Part shown: in pieces, positions 53,254 through 63,870 of the stretch | Numbering within the stretch: the stretch's first letter is position 1 | Layout: every line of letters begins with the position of its first letter | Source: Bigelowiella natans CCMP2755 | Taxonomy: Eukaryota; Protista; Cercozoa | Assembly (NCBI GenBank): GCA_000320545.1 | Contig: ADNK01001960.1 | Coordinates: 62,001 to 126,000, forward strand | Direction of reading: 5' to 3' | Length of the DNA stretch: 64,000 nt | Program-made: the position numbers and the translations under genes | Notes under the pieces: model-generated | What the model saw: the letters and a program-made list of their open reading frames with translations, nothing else | Told to the model about the DNA's origin: nothing | Database searches by the model: none

Positions 53254-53719
53254 ACTTAATTACACTCTCTCCTGGAAGCTGGGGGGAAGGGGTCTCTTTT
53301 GAGTATTGATGAGGGGCTGAATGGGAGCGTTAATCTATCGACTTGGGAGGAACTTGCTTTAAGTTTTTGGATTGAAAATGGATCGGAAAATAACCATCTT
53401 GAGAAGTTGATGTTTTGATCCATACTTTCGGCGGGAGAGTCTATCCTCTTTCACCAGTTGGAAGAATTTTCTTGCACTCTCCGTGACTTTCCGCACTAAT
53501 CTTGGCCTGGACGGAGCGTTCGAAAATCGGCGGCACAATCCTATCCCAGTAATCCCCGGTCCTACTTCTTATACCGGTCACTACCGGGTAAGCAAATTCA
53601 TAATCGGCAAGGATTTACTTCTTGCGTCTTGATATATGTGACGACGCATACGAAAAACAGAGAAGACCAACCGACAGCTGGGATTCGGATTTGCAGAAAG
53701 ACGGGAACCAAATTCAAAA
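53254..53719. promoter_or_regulatory. Compact divergent (bidirectional) promoter region, 466 bp
   Basis: Positional: between the SUN ATG (-) and the dehydrogenase ATG (+); free of microsatellites and MITE ends. Confidence 0.4.
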
Positions 53720-54979
53720 ATGGTGCCCTGTCGGCTCCGCGTTCCGTCCGCTTCCCAGCTAAGAGCTCGACCACTACTACATGGCGTTCGCAGATTCAGC
53801 ACGGCACACAATATATGCGCGCCAGGACGAACAAAGGTTACTTAAATGCCGAGAGCTTGGTGTTGACGATATTTTGCTGATACTTTTCCCACTCGTGTTC
53901 TTCTTCTTCTTCTTCTTCTTCTTCTTCTTCTTCAGGTTGGATGGATTGGAAGCGGAGTGATGGGGAAAAGCATGGTAGCCATATTAGTAGCAGGTGTATA
54001 CTAGGGTTTGGCTTCTGTATGTATCGATATTGAATAAAGCAGGGGCGCATCTATTGGTTGACTCTCAGCCCAACCGCAAAAAGAGTAATTCTTATCATTC
54101 ATCTAGGTTTCTCATATAATGAATGCGGGCTACGAAACTTCGGTAACACCTGGCAAAGCGAAGAAAACCGCGGAATATATCTTTCTTCCAGAATAAATTT
54201 TCTTCCGAAAACATTGTCACGGTTGATTCTCTCTCTGTTGCAGGTATACTCTCGAACGCTGTCAAAATGCGAGCCTCTCCGGGTGAGATGACATGACCGG
54301 CAATCTGAAGGCTTCTGATTATATAAAAAATGTATCACACATGGCTAAATACAAACCTAGCAAACAAGGAGGAAGTGATGAGAGGACTACTTAAGTGTTT
54401 CCTAGTAATAAGCGTGTTCTTCATTGGCCGTGGATTTGTTTTCTCTACTACGAAGCTTATAGCATTATTGTTCGAGTTGGGGGTGCCTCAGACAAGCGAC
54501 TACTGTTATTTAGATTTTATATTGGGCGTTGGATGATCGAAAATAATAACTCAACGCCTATTGTAGGATCTAGGAGCTGCTGTGAGGGATACACCCAGGG
54601 AAGTTGCTGAGAATTCCGACGTCGTCTTTCTAATCGTCGGGTAATAATAGATACGTAAATGATAAAATATAAATGCGAAGCACATTAAATTCAAGTTTAC
54701 CATTATTTCGATGTTATAAAACCAATAGAATCTTTATCTTACCCTTTTTATCACTTCATACCATGTACCAAAGATACACAGCATGTGTTTGTATTTTAAC
54801 AAAATCTTCATACTACATGTGTTGCGCTCACATGTTTGTATGTTTGTGTGTGTTTGTGTGCTTGGCTGAAATAGATACCCAACGGATGTTAAATCTTGTA
54901 TTTTGGGGGAGGATGGTGTCCTCGAAGGTCAGTATCGCTCAATCAGACGAATCTTCACCTAAAAGAACTTTTGGCTCCC

Positions 54980-55026
<47 letters not shown>

Positions 55027-55042
55027 ATACATATTATATATG

Positions 55043-55087
<45 letters not shown>

Positions 55088-55663
55088 TATGTGTACACAT
55101 ACACACACACAAACTTCCGCACAACAATCGTTCAAAAACGCAACATATGTATATATATGTTTATATAAATATGTTGATATATGTGTATGTGTATGTGTGC
55201 GTGTGCGTGTGTACGTACTACCCAGGAATAAAGGAGGGCGGAATCATCACGGATATGACTACTTCTGACCCGGCATTGGCAGTGGAGATGGCTAAAATAT
55301 GCAAGGAAACGAAGAACGTATCACTAATAGACGCCCCCGTCAGCGGTGGGGACTTAGGCGCGAAGGTCGCCTCCCAACATTTACACGTCTTTTGAAAAAA
55401 ATACAGAGGACTCTAACATCATCGATTGTTTGCTTGAAGAAGACACGCACAATCATAGACTTGAGGAAATCACGATAATTCCTTCCCCTGCCACAACAGA
55501 ACGCAGCGCTGACGATCATGGTAGGAGGTGAGGACTCGGCGGTGGGATCCGTTGAGCCTCTGCTGAAAACGATGGGAAAGACGATTGAACACATGGGTAG
55601 GCAGTATACTTGATTGTGAGCAAATATGATATATGTATGTATGTATGTATGTATGTATATATG

Positions 55664-55695
<32 letters not shown>

Positions 55696-56929
55696 TGTAT
55701 GTGTGTATGCGTGTGTGTGTGTTGTCGTCACTCATGGATTTTTCTTTGTCAAGACTTCTCCTTAAAGTTACACACTATAAGCATTTTTGCTCTTTACCAA
55801 CAGGCGGTCCCGGATGCGGGCAACACACGAAGATGGCGAATCAGATTATGATCGGGACAACGATGATAGGGTATGGAGTCATAATAGCAGCGCTAGTAGA
55901 TTATAAAGTAATGATGAAAATGGTAGTAGGAGGGTTTACTCCTCACAATCAATATTACTTCCAATTTCTCCGATCTTTTACCATTTTCTGCATACTTGAC
56001 TCCATCTACATAGTGCATTTTGATTATAGTCATGTTTTTGGTTGTATTACCTCTCGCTTTCTATAGACTAATGGAAGGCATGCTGTACGCGAAAGAAGCG
56101 GGTCTCGATGTCAACCAGGTTATTCAAGCAGTAAGGGGAGGGGCAGCAGGCTCGAAAAGGTACGAACATGAAATTAACATAGTAGTACCACGGCCTCTTG
56201 CAATCCTTCTCTCACGTTCTTTGAGTAACGAATCATTTTCACGTCGGCACCCTGTGTCATTTTTAAACGGAGCGGGGAAAACGAAGCCGATGAAAACCGT
56301 CTCACAGCCGAGGCTGAGGCTCAATCTTGAATGAAAACCATCAGTTTCTAGAGATTTCGAAACCTTATCCTAATTACCCTTTCCTGCCCTCCTTATGCTG
56401 CTACCGTCTCGGTCGTCATCAGCCTGGAACTATACGCGGAAAGGATCTTGAAGGAGGATTTTGAGCCTGGGTTCTTCGTTGACCATTTTGTCAAGGTAGC
56501 ATAATAAGTATGTGCTGCGGCACGAAAAAAACGATGAGGAGAGGAATGGCCCTCTGCAAAAAGAGTCGTTCGCGCATGTTCCGTGGGTTTAAATTGCGGC
56601 CATTCTTGAGGAGCGGGGGAGCAAGGGTATATCCGAATGTGGTTGGTGGTATCTGTTGTTCTCAGGATCTCGGAATCTGCATGTCGGAGTCTGAGAGAAT
56701 GGGGCTCGATTTTCCTGGATTGGCGCTGGCCAACAAGGTCAAGCGTTGGTCTCTCATTTTTACTCTTGCTTGCTATCGAAAGTGACTGACATCGGATAAT
56801 TTTTATTCACATGCAAAATTGCACATGTCTATCTAGATGTACGAGGAAACACAGAAGGATGGATTCGGGCTGAAAGGCACTCAGGCATTGATGCTAACGA
56901 TGGCCAAATCATTGAAGCGTGACGCCTAA
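53720..56929 (+). CDS. 3-hydroxyisobutyrate dehydrogenase / 6-phosphogluconate dehydrogenase-like NAD-binding oxidoreductase, mitochondrial-type presequence, about 13 exons
   Basis: [28 protein letters not shown] leader; [13 protein letters not shown]; [14 protein letters not shown]; DMTTSDP; [12 protein letters not shown]; LTIMVGG; [12 protein letters not shown]; GGAAGS; [17 protein letters not shown]; stop at 56927-56929. All junctions traced are GT-AG and in phase. Confidence 0.93.
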
Positions 56930-57439
56930 GCCTACCATTTCTCATCCATGATGGTCGCCATGTGAACATGAATTCATGTCTGGCAGCACATCTAGACATC
57001 ATGGGCTCGTGTGTTTGAGGGTGGAATGGTCGCTGCGGCACACGCTAGCACGGTGTGAAAGTGTGCACCTTTGCACGCGCGGGCATGTCGCACTTGCATG
57101 TGCAAAAGCACCATCTCCAGATCTCAGCATCTAGCCATGCGAGCTGATGCATGAATGATCGACTGTGGATGGCATCAACGTTGCATTGGATGAATTTTTG
57201 TGTCATGCATGTCATCTACAGATCTGCCCATGATGGCTATTTTCGCTGGCCAGATGCGTTGGTCACTGTGTTCATGCTGGCCTGTCCAAATGTGTGTGCA
57301 TGTGGTCTGCTCCAGTCTGGCAGTGTGCGTTGAAACAATGAAACAATGATGAAAAACTGCATTTCCAAAGTGTTGCAAGACACTTGCAGCGTGCAAAATG
57401 CAGTGCCTCGAACTGGCTTCAGTGAGGACTGTGACTAGC

Positions 57440-58300
57440 AAATCAACCAGCTGGTTTGCCAAAATGGCATGACTTGGTCATTGAGAAGCAATGACATTGG
57501 CAGCAAAATTCTGACGGCGCAAGACCTCCACTCTGAGCAAAAACTTCCTGAAGGCCATGTCCACATGACGATCTGCGATTGGATCATCTGAGGGGGCCCC
57601 CAGCAGAGTTTTGGTTTTGGAGGAGTCTGGAGCGTCAAAGAATGAGGAGTGGAGGGAAGAAGCTGAACTCAAAGCTGATCTCATGAGCGAGAAAAGCTTG
57701 CATCTCTCTGCATTCAAATGAGTGCAATGATGGATGAGGTGGTTGACACTTTGAACAACTCCAGCATTGCAAAGAGGACACACCGAGAAAGAGGGGGGCA
57801 GCCAGGCAGGTTGCAAACTTTGGCCCTGTGTTCCTCTGTTTCGCAAGTCCCAGCGCGGAGCTGAAGTTTGAGCAACACACCTGAATTGTCATGCCAATCA
57901 TCAAGATGGCACTCAAACAATCTGGAAGCTGGCCTTCCAATGTGGCTCCTCGCCCAGGCTCTGGATCTGCAAATTGGGGTGTCGGGTTTGACGAACGAAT
58001 GAAAGCTGCGACACAAGTTGCCATTGGTGGATAGATGAGCCCTGACTCTGCGATTGAGGTCAACATCAACCAGTTTTGGATGGGACTGGTCCAAGTTGAC
58101 TAACAGGTCCAAGCCACAGGCAGATTGGTCATCGTTGATGTTGTTTCTGCGTCGTGTGAGAGCGGTGCTCGATTCCACCACGGAATGTGATACACTTGAA
58201 ACAGCCTGCATTCTTAACCTCAAACAAGTGATTCGGCAAGTCGCTTTCCTATGAACAGATCCATGCAGCCAAAAGAAGCCACAATTAATGTGCGACAACA
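57440..58300 (-). mobile_element. Decayed 3' end of a non-LTR retrotransposon ORF (zinc-finger region), frameshifted
   Basis: Pieces in different frames read ...HLDDWHDNSGVLLKLQLRAGTC..., VCPLCNAGVVQSVNHLIHHCTHLNAERCKLF (C-x2-C...H-x4-C) and FRKFLLRVEVLRR, the order typical of the region after the RT in LINE-like elements. No RT catalytic motif seen. Confidence 0.6.
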
Positions 58301-58374
58301 TAAAATGATCGTCGTAGAACTAAGATCAAATGAATTCCTGGCAGCAACGATGAACGAAGACCAGATTTCGAAGT

Positions 58375-59640
58375 ATGGGGTTCGCAGCAGCGCCAGGGCG
58401 CCGGTCGACCCCCCCACCCTTGCTGTTGCCCTTGATTGCCTTCGCCACAGCCGCATGTCTCTGGACAAACCACAGGAGAATAACCGGGTTGAGTTCTTCT
58501 TCCCGAGTGGGGACTGTTGTGCGTGGTTGGACGCCCGTGCTTGGAGGACGAGTGACATGGAATGACAATTCTGGCTGTGTGCAGAAGAGAGCTGCAGGCG
58601 GGTCGGGGGGGCTGAATCATAACTTTCAGTCCTCTTTCCCGTCTCGATCGGCTGTATTATCCGGTAGCAGCGATAGTGAAGCGAGAACTAAGGCCTCTCC
58701 AGCCGACAAAAAGACCCTTGGCTCTGACGTATCCTCGCTGCCGAAGGGCTGGTAAAGATCTCTTGTTGCATTGTGTATGAATGCACGTAGGATTTATTGT
58801 CTTGATATGGTACCTAGTTCTTAATTGCTTGATCATTATACGCATGAATCCTGCTTTCACGTTCGAAGTCCTCTATGATGGAATCTAGAGGCAGGGCCAG
58901 GATTTGTTCTTTAGTAGTAATATACTACTTGCTGGACATTTTACGTGGAACGAACGAATAAATATGGAGACGGATAGTACAGCCAAATGCCTTTAATGAA
59001 ATTTCGGCACGGATACTTCCTTCGACCCAATGAGCATGTGCCGCAAACTTTCGTCATCACATCGTTTATAATGCCTATATTGTTTCATCGGCACATAATA
59101 TTCATATCTGGATTGCTCTTTAATTTACTTCGATGACAGACATTTCGTCCCTGTTCTCTTACTTTCCCCCTTTCTTTCTTTCTTTCTCTCTTTCTTTCTT
59201 TCTCTCTCTGGCTCTCCTCGTCATTAGGATGCTGGCACAACCCTTGGTCGGGGTAGGGCCATTCGGACTCATGAAGAGGGAGAGCGAAATAATGCAACAT
59301 GTGACAGGTAGGAGGAGGAAGAGAAGCAATGTACATTGATGTGTTATTATTATAAGGATGATGATAATGGTGATGGTGATGATGACGATTGAACCGTGGA
59401 ACGAGGCCGGTTTAAGGGAAGATATGAGTATCCATGATTTCCGGTTGTTGTTGGTGGTGGTTGCTTGTGTGCTAAATACTGCTAACTGCTGCTGCTATTC
59501 AGGGCCTTACAACGTTACGGTGGATGATGAGATGGTTAAGAACATTCGTCTGAACGACCGAAGCTTAGAGTGAGTATTATAATCCGATAATATGTGAAAT
59601 AGTGGGTGGTGTAGGGCCAAAAAAAAACAAGAGTAGAAGT

Positions 59641-59677
<37 letters not shown>

Positions 59678-59723
59678 GGGTCAAATGTGCTGCTCGGCTA
59701 AAATGAGACGATGCATAACTTGC

Positions 59724-59760
<37 letters not shown>

Positions 59761-60191
59761 CGATAAGATTAATTGGTATCTGAAAGAGAGTGGTGTTTCC
59801 GACGCCCTAGATGGGTGTGATGTCAACCACTGCCATCAACATCAAATCCTGATTATACTACTATGGCGGCACAGGTTCACCTTCTGCGGACGTAGACGTC
59901 TCGAGATAATAATAGTAAATTGGCTTTCTTCTCTCTTAACGACCACACACGCGCGCTCGCGCAAATGCACGCATACAGGCACACACACGCACACACACGC
60001 ATATACACGCACACACACGCACGAAATGGGCTGGGTGATAAAGAGCGCAGAGAATCATGCCTCGTATCTTATATGTGCTCTCTACTCACACAGGTGAAGC
60101 CTCCATTGTACGTTCGGACGCCTGATGGCGTCGAGTTTGGCATGACTTTCCAGGAGGTCTGTGCTCGATAATACCTGCTTGAGATGACTAC

Positions 60192-60224
<33 letters not shown>

Positions 60225-60663
60225 AGTGATGATGTACACAAGCTAAGAACACCATCACGGAAGAGTTCTCCTGATTATACGTGAAAAGATGGAGATGTCG
60301 TTTGGTTGTACTAGTTTCAGCCGCTTAATATAGAGCAACCGTCGTGGTGATAATAACCTCCGGTCTATCGTTTGACTTACGCACCAGGTCACTGACAAGG
60401 TCGGGAAACTGATCCCATCTATAGTCCTCAATGCAGAAGAACAGAATAGGAAAGAAAGTGACTTCCCTGATGTCGACGACGTGGGCCAGGAAAAGAAATC
60501 ACAAGAAAAGAGTGCGGAAACTTATTTTTCGCTCAAATCAAACGGAGTCATGTTTGGATTCCACCCTGAGCATAAGAACCTTTCCCTCCTCGCCATATCT
60601 ACGGACTATCACACACTATCCGACATACGGGAATTATCTATGGATGCTGCGAGGAAACGGTGA
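58375..60663 (+). CDS. Hypothetical multi-exon gene with a bipartite-like N-terminal leader
   Basis: Exon 1 MGFAAAPGRRSTPPPLLLPLIAFATAACLWTNHRRITGLSSSSRV... ends at a GTAAAG donor; GT/AG-bounded exons PYNVTVDDEMVKNIRL, INWYLKESGVSDALD, VKPPLYVRTPDGVEFGMTFQE and a last exon ending TGA at 60661-60663. That all exons belong to one gene is assumed. Confidence 0.45.
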
Positions 60664-61018
60664 TGCTGGAGTGCATAAATGGCAATGTCTTCGAAAGGAA
60701 TTAGGTCAATTTGGAACGCATGCTGCGTTGTTGCAATGTATGCACCGCAGTGTGGTGTATGCTATACGCACGCAATAGTGATACATCGATGCAAATTTTA
60801 CTGCATTAAGACTCACACGTTATGTCATATTACGCGGTGCGTTTTCGCCACACAAATGCGCGTGGACCGAGCTAGATCTAGAGACGAGCGCTGGCATGTG
60901 CTCTCCTGCTGAGCGCGTATCTCGTCCAAGCAATGCTGGCAAGCAATATTACGTATAGGCATTGTGAATGTCAGTCGTGTAATAGACATGTGTATTTGTG
61001 AGTAGTTGCATGGTGTAT

Positions 61019-61175
61019 GAGACGGTTTTCTAATGAGTTGATTAAATCTTTTCAATTGTAGTTGGTGTATGCATGTGTGTGCGGCACAACTGCTATTATA
61101 ACACGCACGACGAATAAATGTAATTTGAGACGGATGTAATGAAGTGATTAAATCTTTTCAGTAGTCATCCGATGA
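61019..61175 (+). mobile_element. Two tandem ends (one degenerate) of the same MITE family
   Basis: GAGACGG...TGATTAAATCTTTTCA at 61019 and GAGACGGATGTAATGAAGTGATTAAATCTTTTCA at 61127. Confidence 0.6.
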
Positions 61176-61714
61176 ATAAATGTACACAGTCTTTGCCAAT
61201 TCATCATCCTCGATGATTCCAGCTACTTAGCCTTTTTTGGAATTTTCAGGTCGATGTTTTAGTGGTGTCATGTGGCTGGTCATCGCCGTCTTTCCATCTG
61301 CAATATCAATGCTGTGCAGGGTGCGGTACGGGGATCTCTGTCGTCTTCGATCATGGCTTGATTGGTACCCTTCGCGCAACCTGTCCTGTAGCGGTAGCTA
61401 GCAATAGACCGGCATACATATAGACGCACGCGTTCTCGTATCCGTTATGTGGAAGTACGATGCTACGGTATAACGGCCACTGCTATGCAATGTGGCATGA
61501 AAAGGGTGTCCTCAAATCCACCTGAGCGATGGGTGACAGCGTTACCAAACGACATGCGGTACTAGGCGATGCTGTTACGGTGATTGCTTGAGCATCGATC
61601 TACTCCGTAATCTTTTGCGGCATCACTTATACTAGGCCTTACGTGATGACTTGGCTTAGAAGATGTACTAATATTTTGAACAGAAGGATTATATCTGGTA
61701 TTCAAATTGCTTAC

Positions 61715-61724
61715 AAAAAAGAAA
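61715..61724 (-). terminator. RNA polymerase III T-tract at the end of the tRNA cluster
   Basis: TTTCTTTTTT on the minus strand directly after the tRNA-like remnant. Confidence 0.6.
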
Positions 61725-61768
61725 GCGACGGGCCAATTCGAGCGGCCGACCTCTCCTTGCGAAGGAGA
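61724..61768 (-). pseudogene. tRNA 3'-half remnant (anticodon CGC, Ala-like)
   Basis: TCTCC-TTCGCAA-GGAGA anticodon arm, GGTC, GGCCG-CTCGAAT-TGGCC T-arm; no D-arm or 5' acceptor strand. Confidence 0.45.
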
Positions 61769-61779
61769 TGTAGCAGATG

Positions 61780-61862
61780 AGGCAACGACAGGATTTGAAC
61801 CTGCAAGGGACTACGCCCACCGATTTCAAGTCGGCTCCAATACCAGATTATGGGACGCTGCC
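61780..61862 (-). tRNA. trnS-TGA: tRNA-Ser(TGA), atypical D-arm and U73
   Basis: GGCAGCG/CGTTGCC acceptor, GCCGA-CT TGA AA-TCGGT anticodon arm, long variable arm, GCAGG-TTCAAAT-CCTGT T-arm. Confidence 0.9.
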
Positions 61863-61889
61863 AAGGGAAAGGAGGAAAAGAGCAAGGAG

Positions 61890-61972
61890 AGGCAACGACA
61901 GGATTTGAACCTGCAAGGGACTACGCCCACCGATTTCGAGTCGGCTCCAATACCAGATTATGGGACGCTGCC
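61890..61972 (-). tRNA. trnS-CGA: tRNA-Ser(CGA), identical to the TGA gene except position 34
   Basis: Same 83-nt body, loop CT CGA AA. Confidence 0.9.
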
Positions 61973-61985
61973 AAGGGAAGAAGAG

Positions 61986-62069
61986 CGACAACCACTGGAT
62001 TCGAACCAGTGAGGGTGAATACCCAGTGCGTTAGTAGTGCACCGCCTTAAACCGCTCGGCCAGGCTGTC
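61986..62069 (-). tRNA. trnS-ACT: tRNA-Ser with rare anticodon ACT
   Basis: GACAGCC/GGTTGTC acceptor, G73, Ser-type D-arm GCCGAGCGGTTTAAGGC, loop CT ACT AA, variable arm GGGT-ATTC-ACCC, T-arm ACTGG-TTCGAAT-CCAGT; A31.C39 mismatch. Confidence 0.85.
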
Positions 62070-62478
62070 GATTTCTCATGCCATGTGTCGGAATGTGGGT
62101 CACGCACATCGGATGAATGGTTGAACATCGCTCTGGAGGCAAGAATATACGGACATACGCCTGCATTTTTTGTTCCTTCCGGACCTGTATGCCTGTCGAT
62201 GGTGTAAAACCCAAGCATGTGGGGGGGATTCTGTTCTTCTTCCGTCGCAGCATTCCCCTTTACTTCTCCGAAAGTTCCTGAAGATTCACCGAGATTCTTC
62301 GAGATTTTTCGACTTCTACGAGCTTTTTCGAGATGGTTGCTGGCCATGCTGTTTTGATAGATCATTCTCAGGAATTCCATCTCGTGTTTGGTAATATTAC
62401 CGACTAAAAATGATCTAAAATCGCTGCGAGCGCGTACAGCTCTCTTGTTCAACCCCCCCTCCTCCCTCATACTCTCAA

Positions 62479-63546
62479 ATGTCTGCCTTGCGACGAGCCC
62501 CCTCCATCCTCTCGATACAATCCCACGTGGTTCGAACGATGCAAAATTATATATGATGAAACACCGGCAAAATAGCGCTAAGAGTATCATTGAAAGTGGA
62601 GAGGGGGGTTGCAAAATAGCAGCCCAGATAAGCATGTACCGTACCGTTCGCAGGTATATGGGGCAGCTGGAAATAGCGCTGCAGTATTTCCCATGCGGAG
62701 ACTCGGCGCATACGTGTGGCCACTTAACACTGTCCAGTTCTCAAACCACACTCAATACGGTTAGGGTGAAACTTAATTAATGGTTCGCTGTTCATGATGG
62801 TAGTGTTATTTGGCATAGGCGCCTGGGAAGGCCTTCCGACTCCCGATGGACAGATATCTAAATTGGTGGATGGAATAGCAGCACGTGGAGTCCTTAAAAA
62901 ATGCGACGCTCTATTATCAGGCTACCTTGGTTCTGCCGCTCAAGGCGGGCACGTTCTCTCCGCGGTAGCAAGTATCAAAGCTGCAAATCCCCTTGCAGTG
63001 TATTGTTGCGACCCTGTTATGGGTCATCCTGCGAAGGGCTGCATCGTACCAGAAGGGGTTCAGGAATTCTTTCGGGAAGAGGCGGTTCCGATGGCAGATA
63101 TTATATGTCCCAACGTCCTAGAGCTCGGGGTTCTCGCTGGAATGGACAGCATATCATCTGTGGGGGATTGCATTGAAGCTGCTCGCTCAATTATATCGAG
63201 AGGACCCAAGATTGTTTTTATTAAGCATCTTGCAAGCGCGGGTTTGGAACCTAACAAGTCCTTCGAGATGCTTCTGGTTTCGTCCGAGGAGGCATTTCAT
63301 GTCGCCACTCCCATTGTACCCTTCGAACGACCACCTACCGGCGTTGGGGATTTGACAACTGGAATTTTCCTTGTGAAGCTATTGACGGGAGCAAGTTTAG
63401 AGGAAGCTCTGAAGCACACTGCAGGGGCTTACTTTGGGGTCATGGTGACCACGAGTAAATTCGACGAATATGAATTACAGCTCATAGATGCTCAAGATGA
63501 GATAGCAAACCCTACTGCTCAGTTTGAAATAAAAAATGTGGATTAA
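62479..63546 (+). CDS. pdxY: Pyridoxal kinase of the bacterial PdxY type; join(62479..62529,62654..62759,62819..63546)
   Basis: Spliced product [17 protein letters not shown]|[35 protein letters not shown]|GAWEG...[15 protein letters not shown]...[16 protein letters not shown]...PNVLEL...KHLA...FEMLLV...[10 protein letters not shown]...[13 protein letters not shown]; two GT-AG introns of 124 and 59 nt. Confidence 0.93.
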
Positions 63547-63746
63547 TAATTAGATCATGCGGTGAAGAATGAAGCACACGCATGAATTTGTATCGCATGC
63601 TAAGGACATTCAGCCATGTGCACCGCAAGAACTTGCATTGAGCTCAATCCAGCATCACTGCTAGCGAATCGCCGTCTACGCCGTAGCGGATCGGAGTGGC
63701 TCACAGGGCTATTAGCAAATGGCTCTTGCTCCCATGTTATACATGT

Positions 63747-63870
63747 GAGACGGATGTAATGAAATTATTACATTTTGTTCAATGGTCATCCTGATGCGTA
63801 GCAGCCATGCAATATAGCAAGGCGGTGGCTACAGCGCTAATGTTGCGTGAGTTAGTTTCTGGGACACATG
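63747..63870 (+). mobile_element. End of a further copy of the same MITE family
   Basis: GAGACGGATGTAATGAAA...CAATGGTCATCCTGATG...GGCTACAGCGCTAATGTTGC matches the reverse complement of the 25150-25268 TIR. Confidence 0.7.

Noticed and set aside
58251-58565. ORF vaguely resembling a 9-1-1/PCNA clamp fragment
   Set aside because: Similarity is too vague, and the overlapping frame starting at 58375 has a better leader and splice donor.
61620-61780. Circularly permuted tRNA gene
   Set aside because: No 5' half able to pair with the CGTCGC strand is visible downstream; a T-tract follows immediately.
61986-62069. AGA reassignment to Ser through an ICU anticodon
   Set aside because: AGA codons in conserved Arg positions (PdxY MRRLG, PPT NER) read as Arg; small sample, but no support for recoding.
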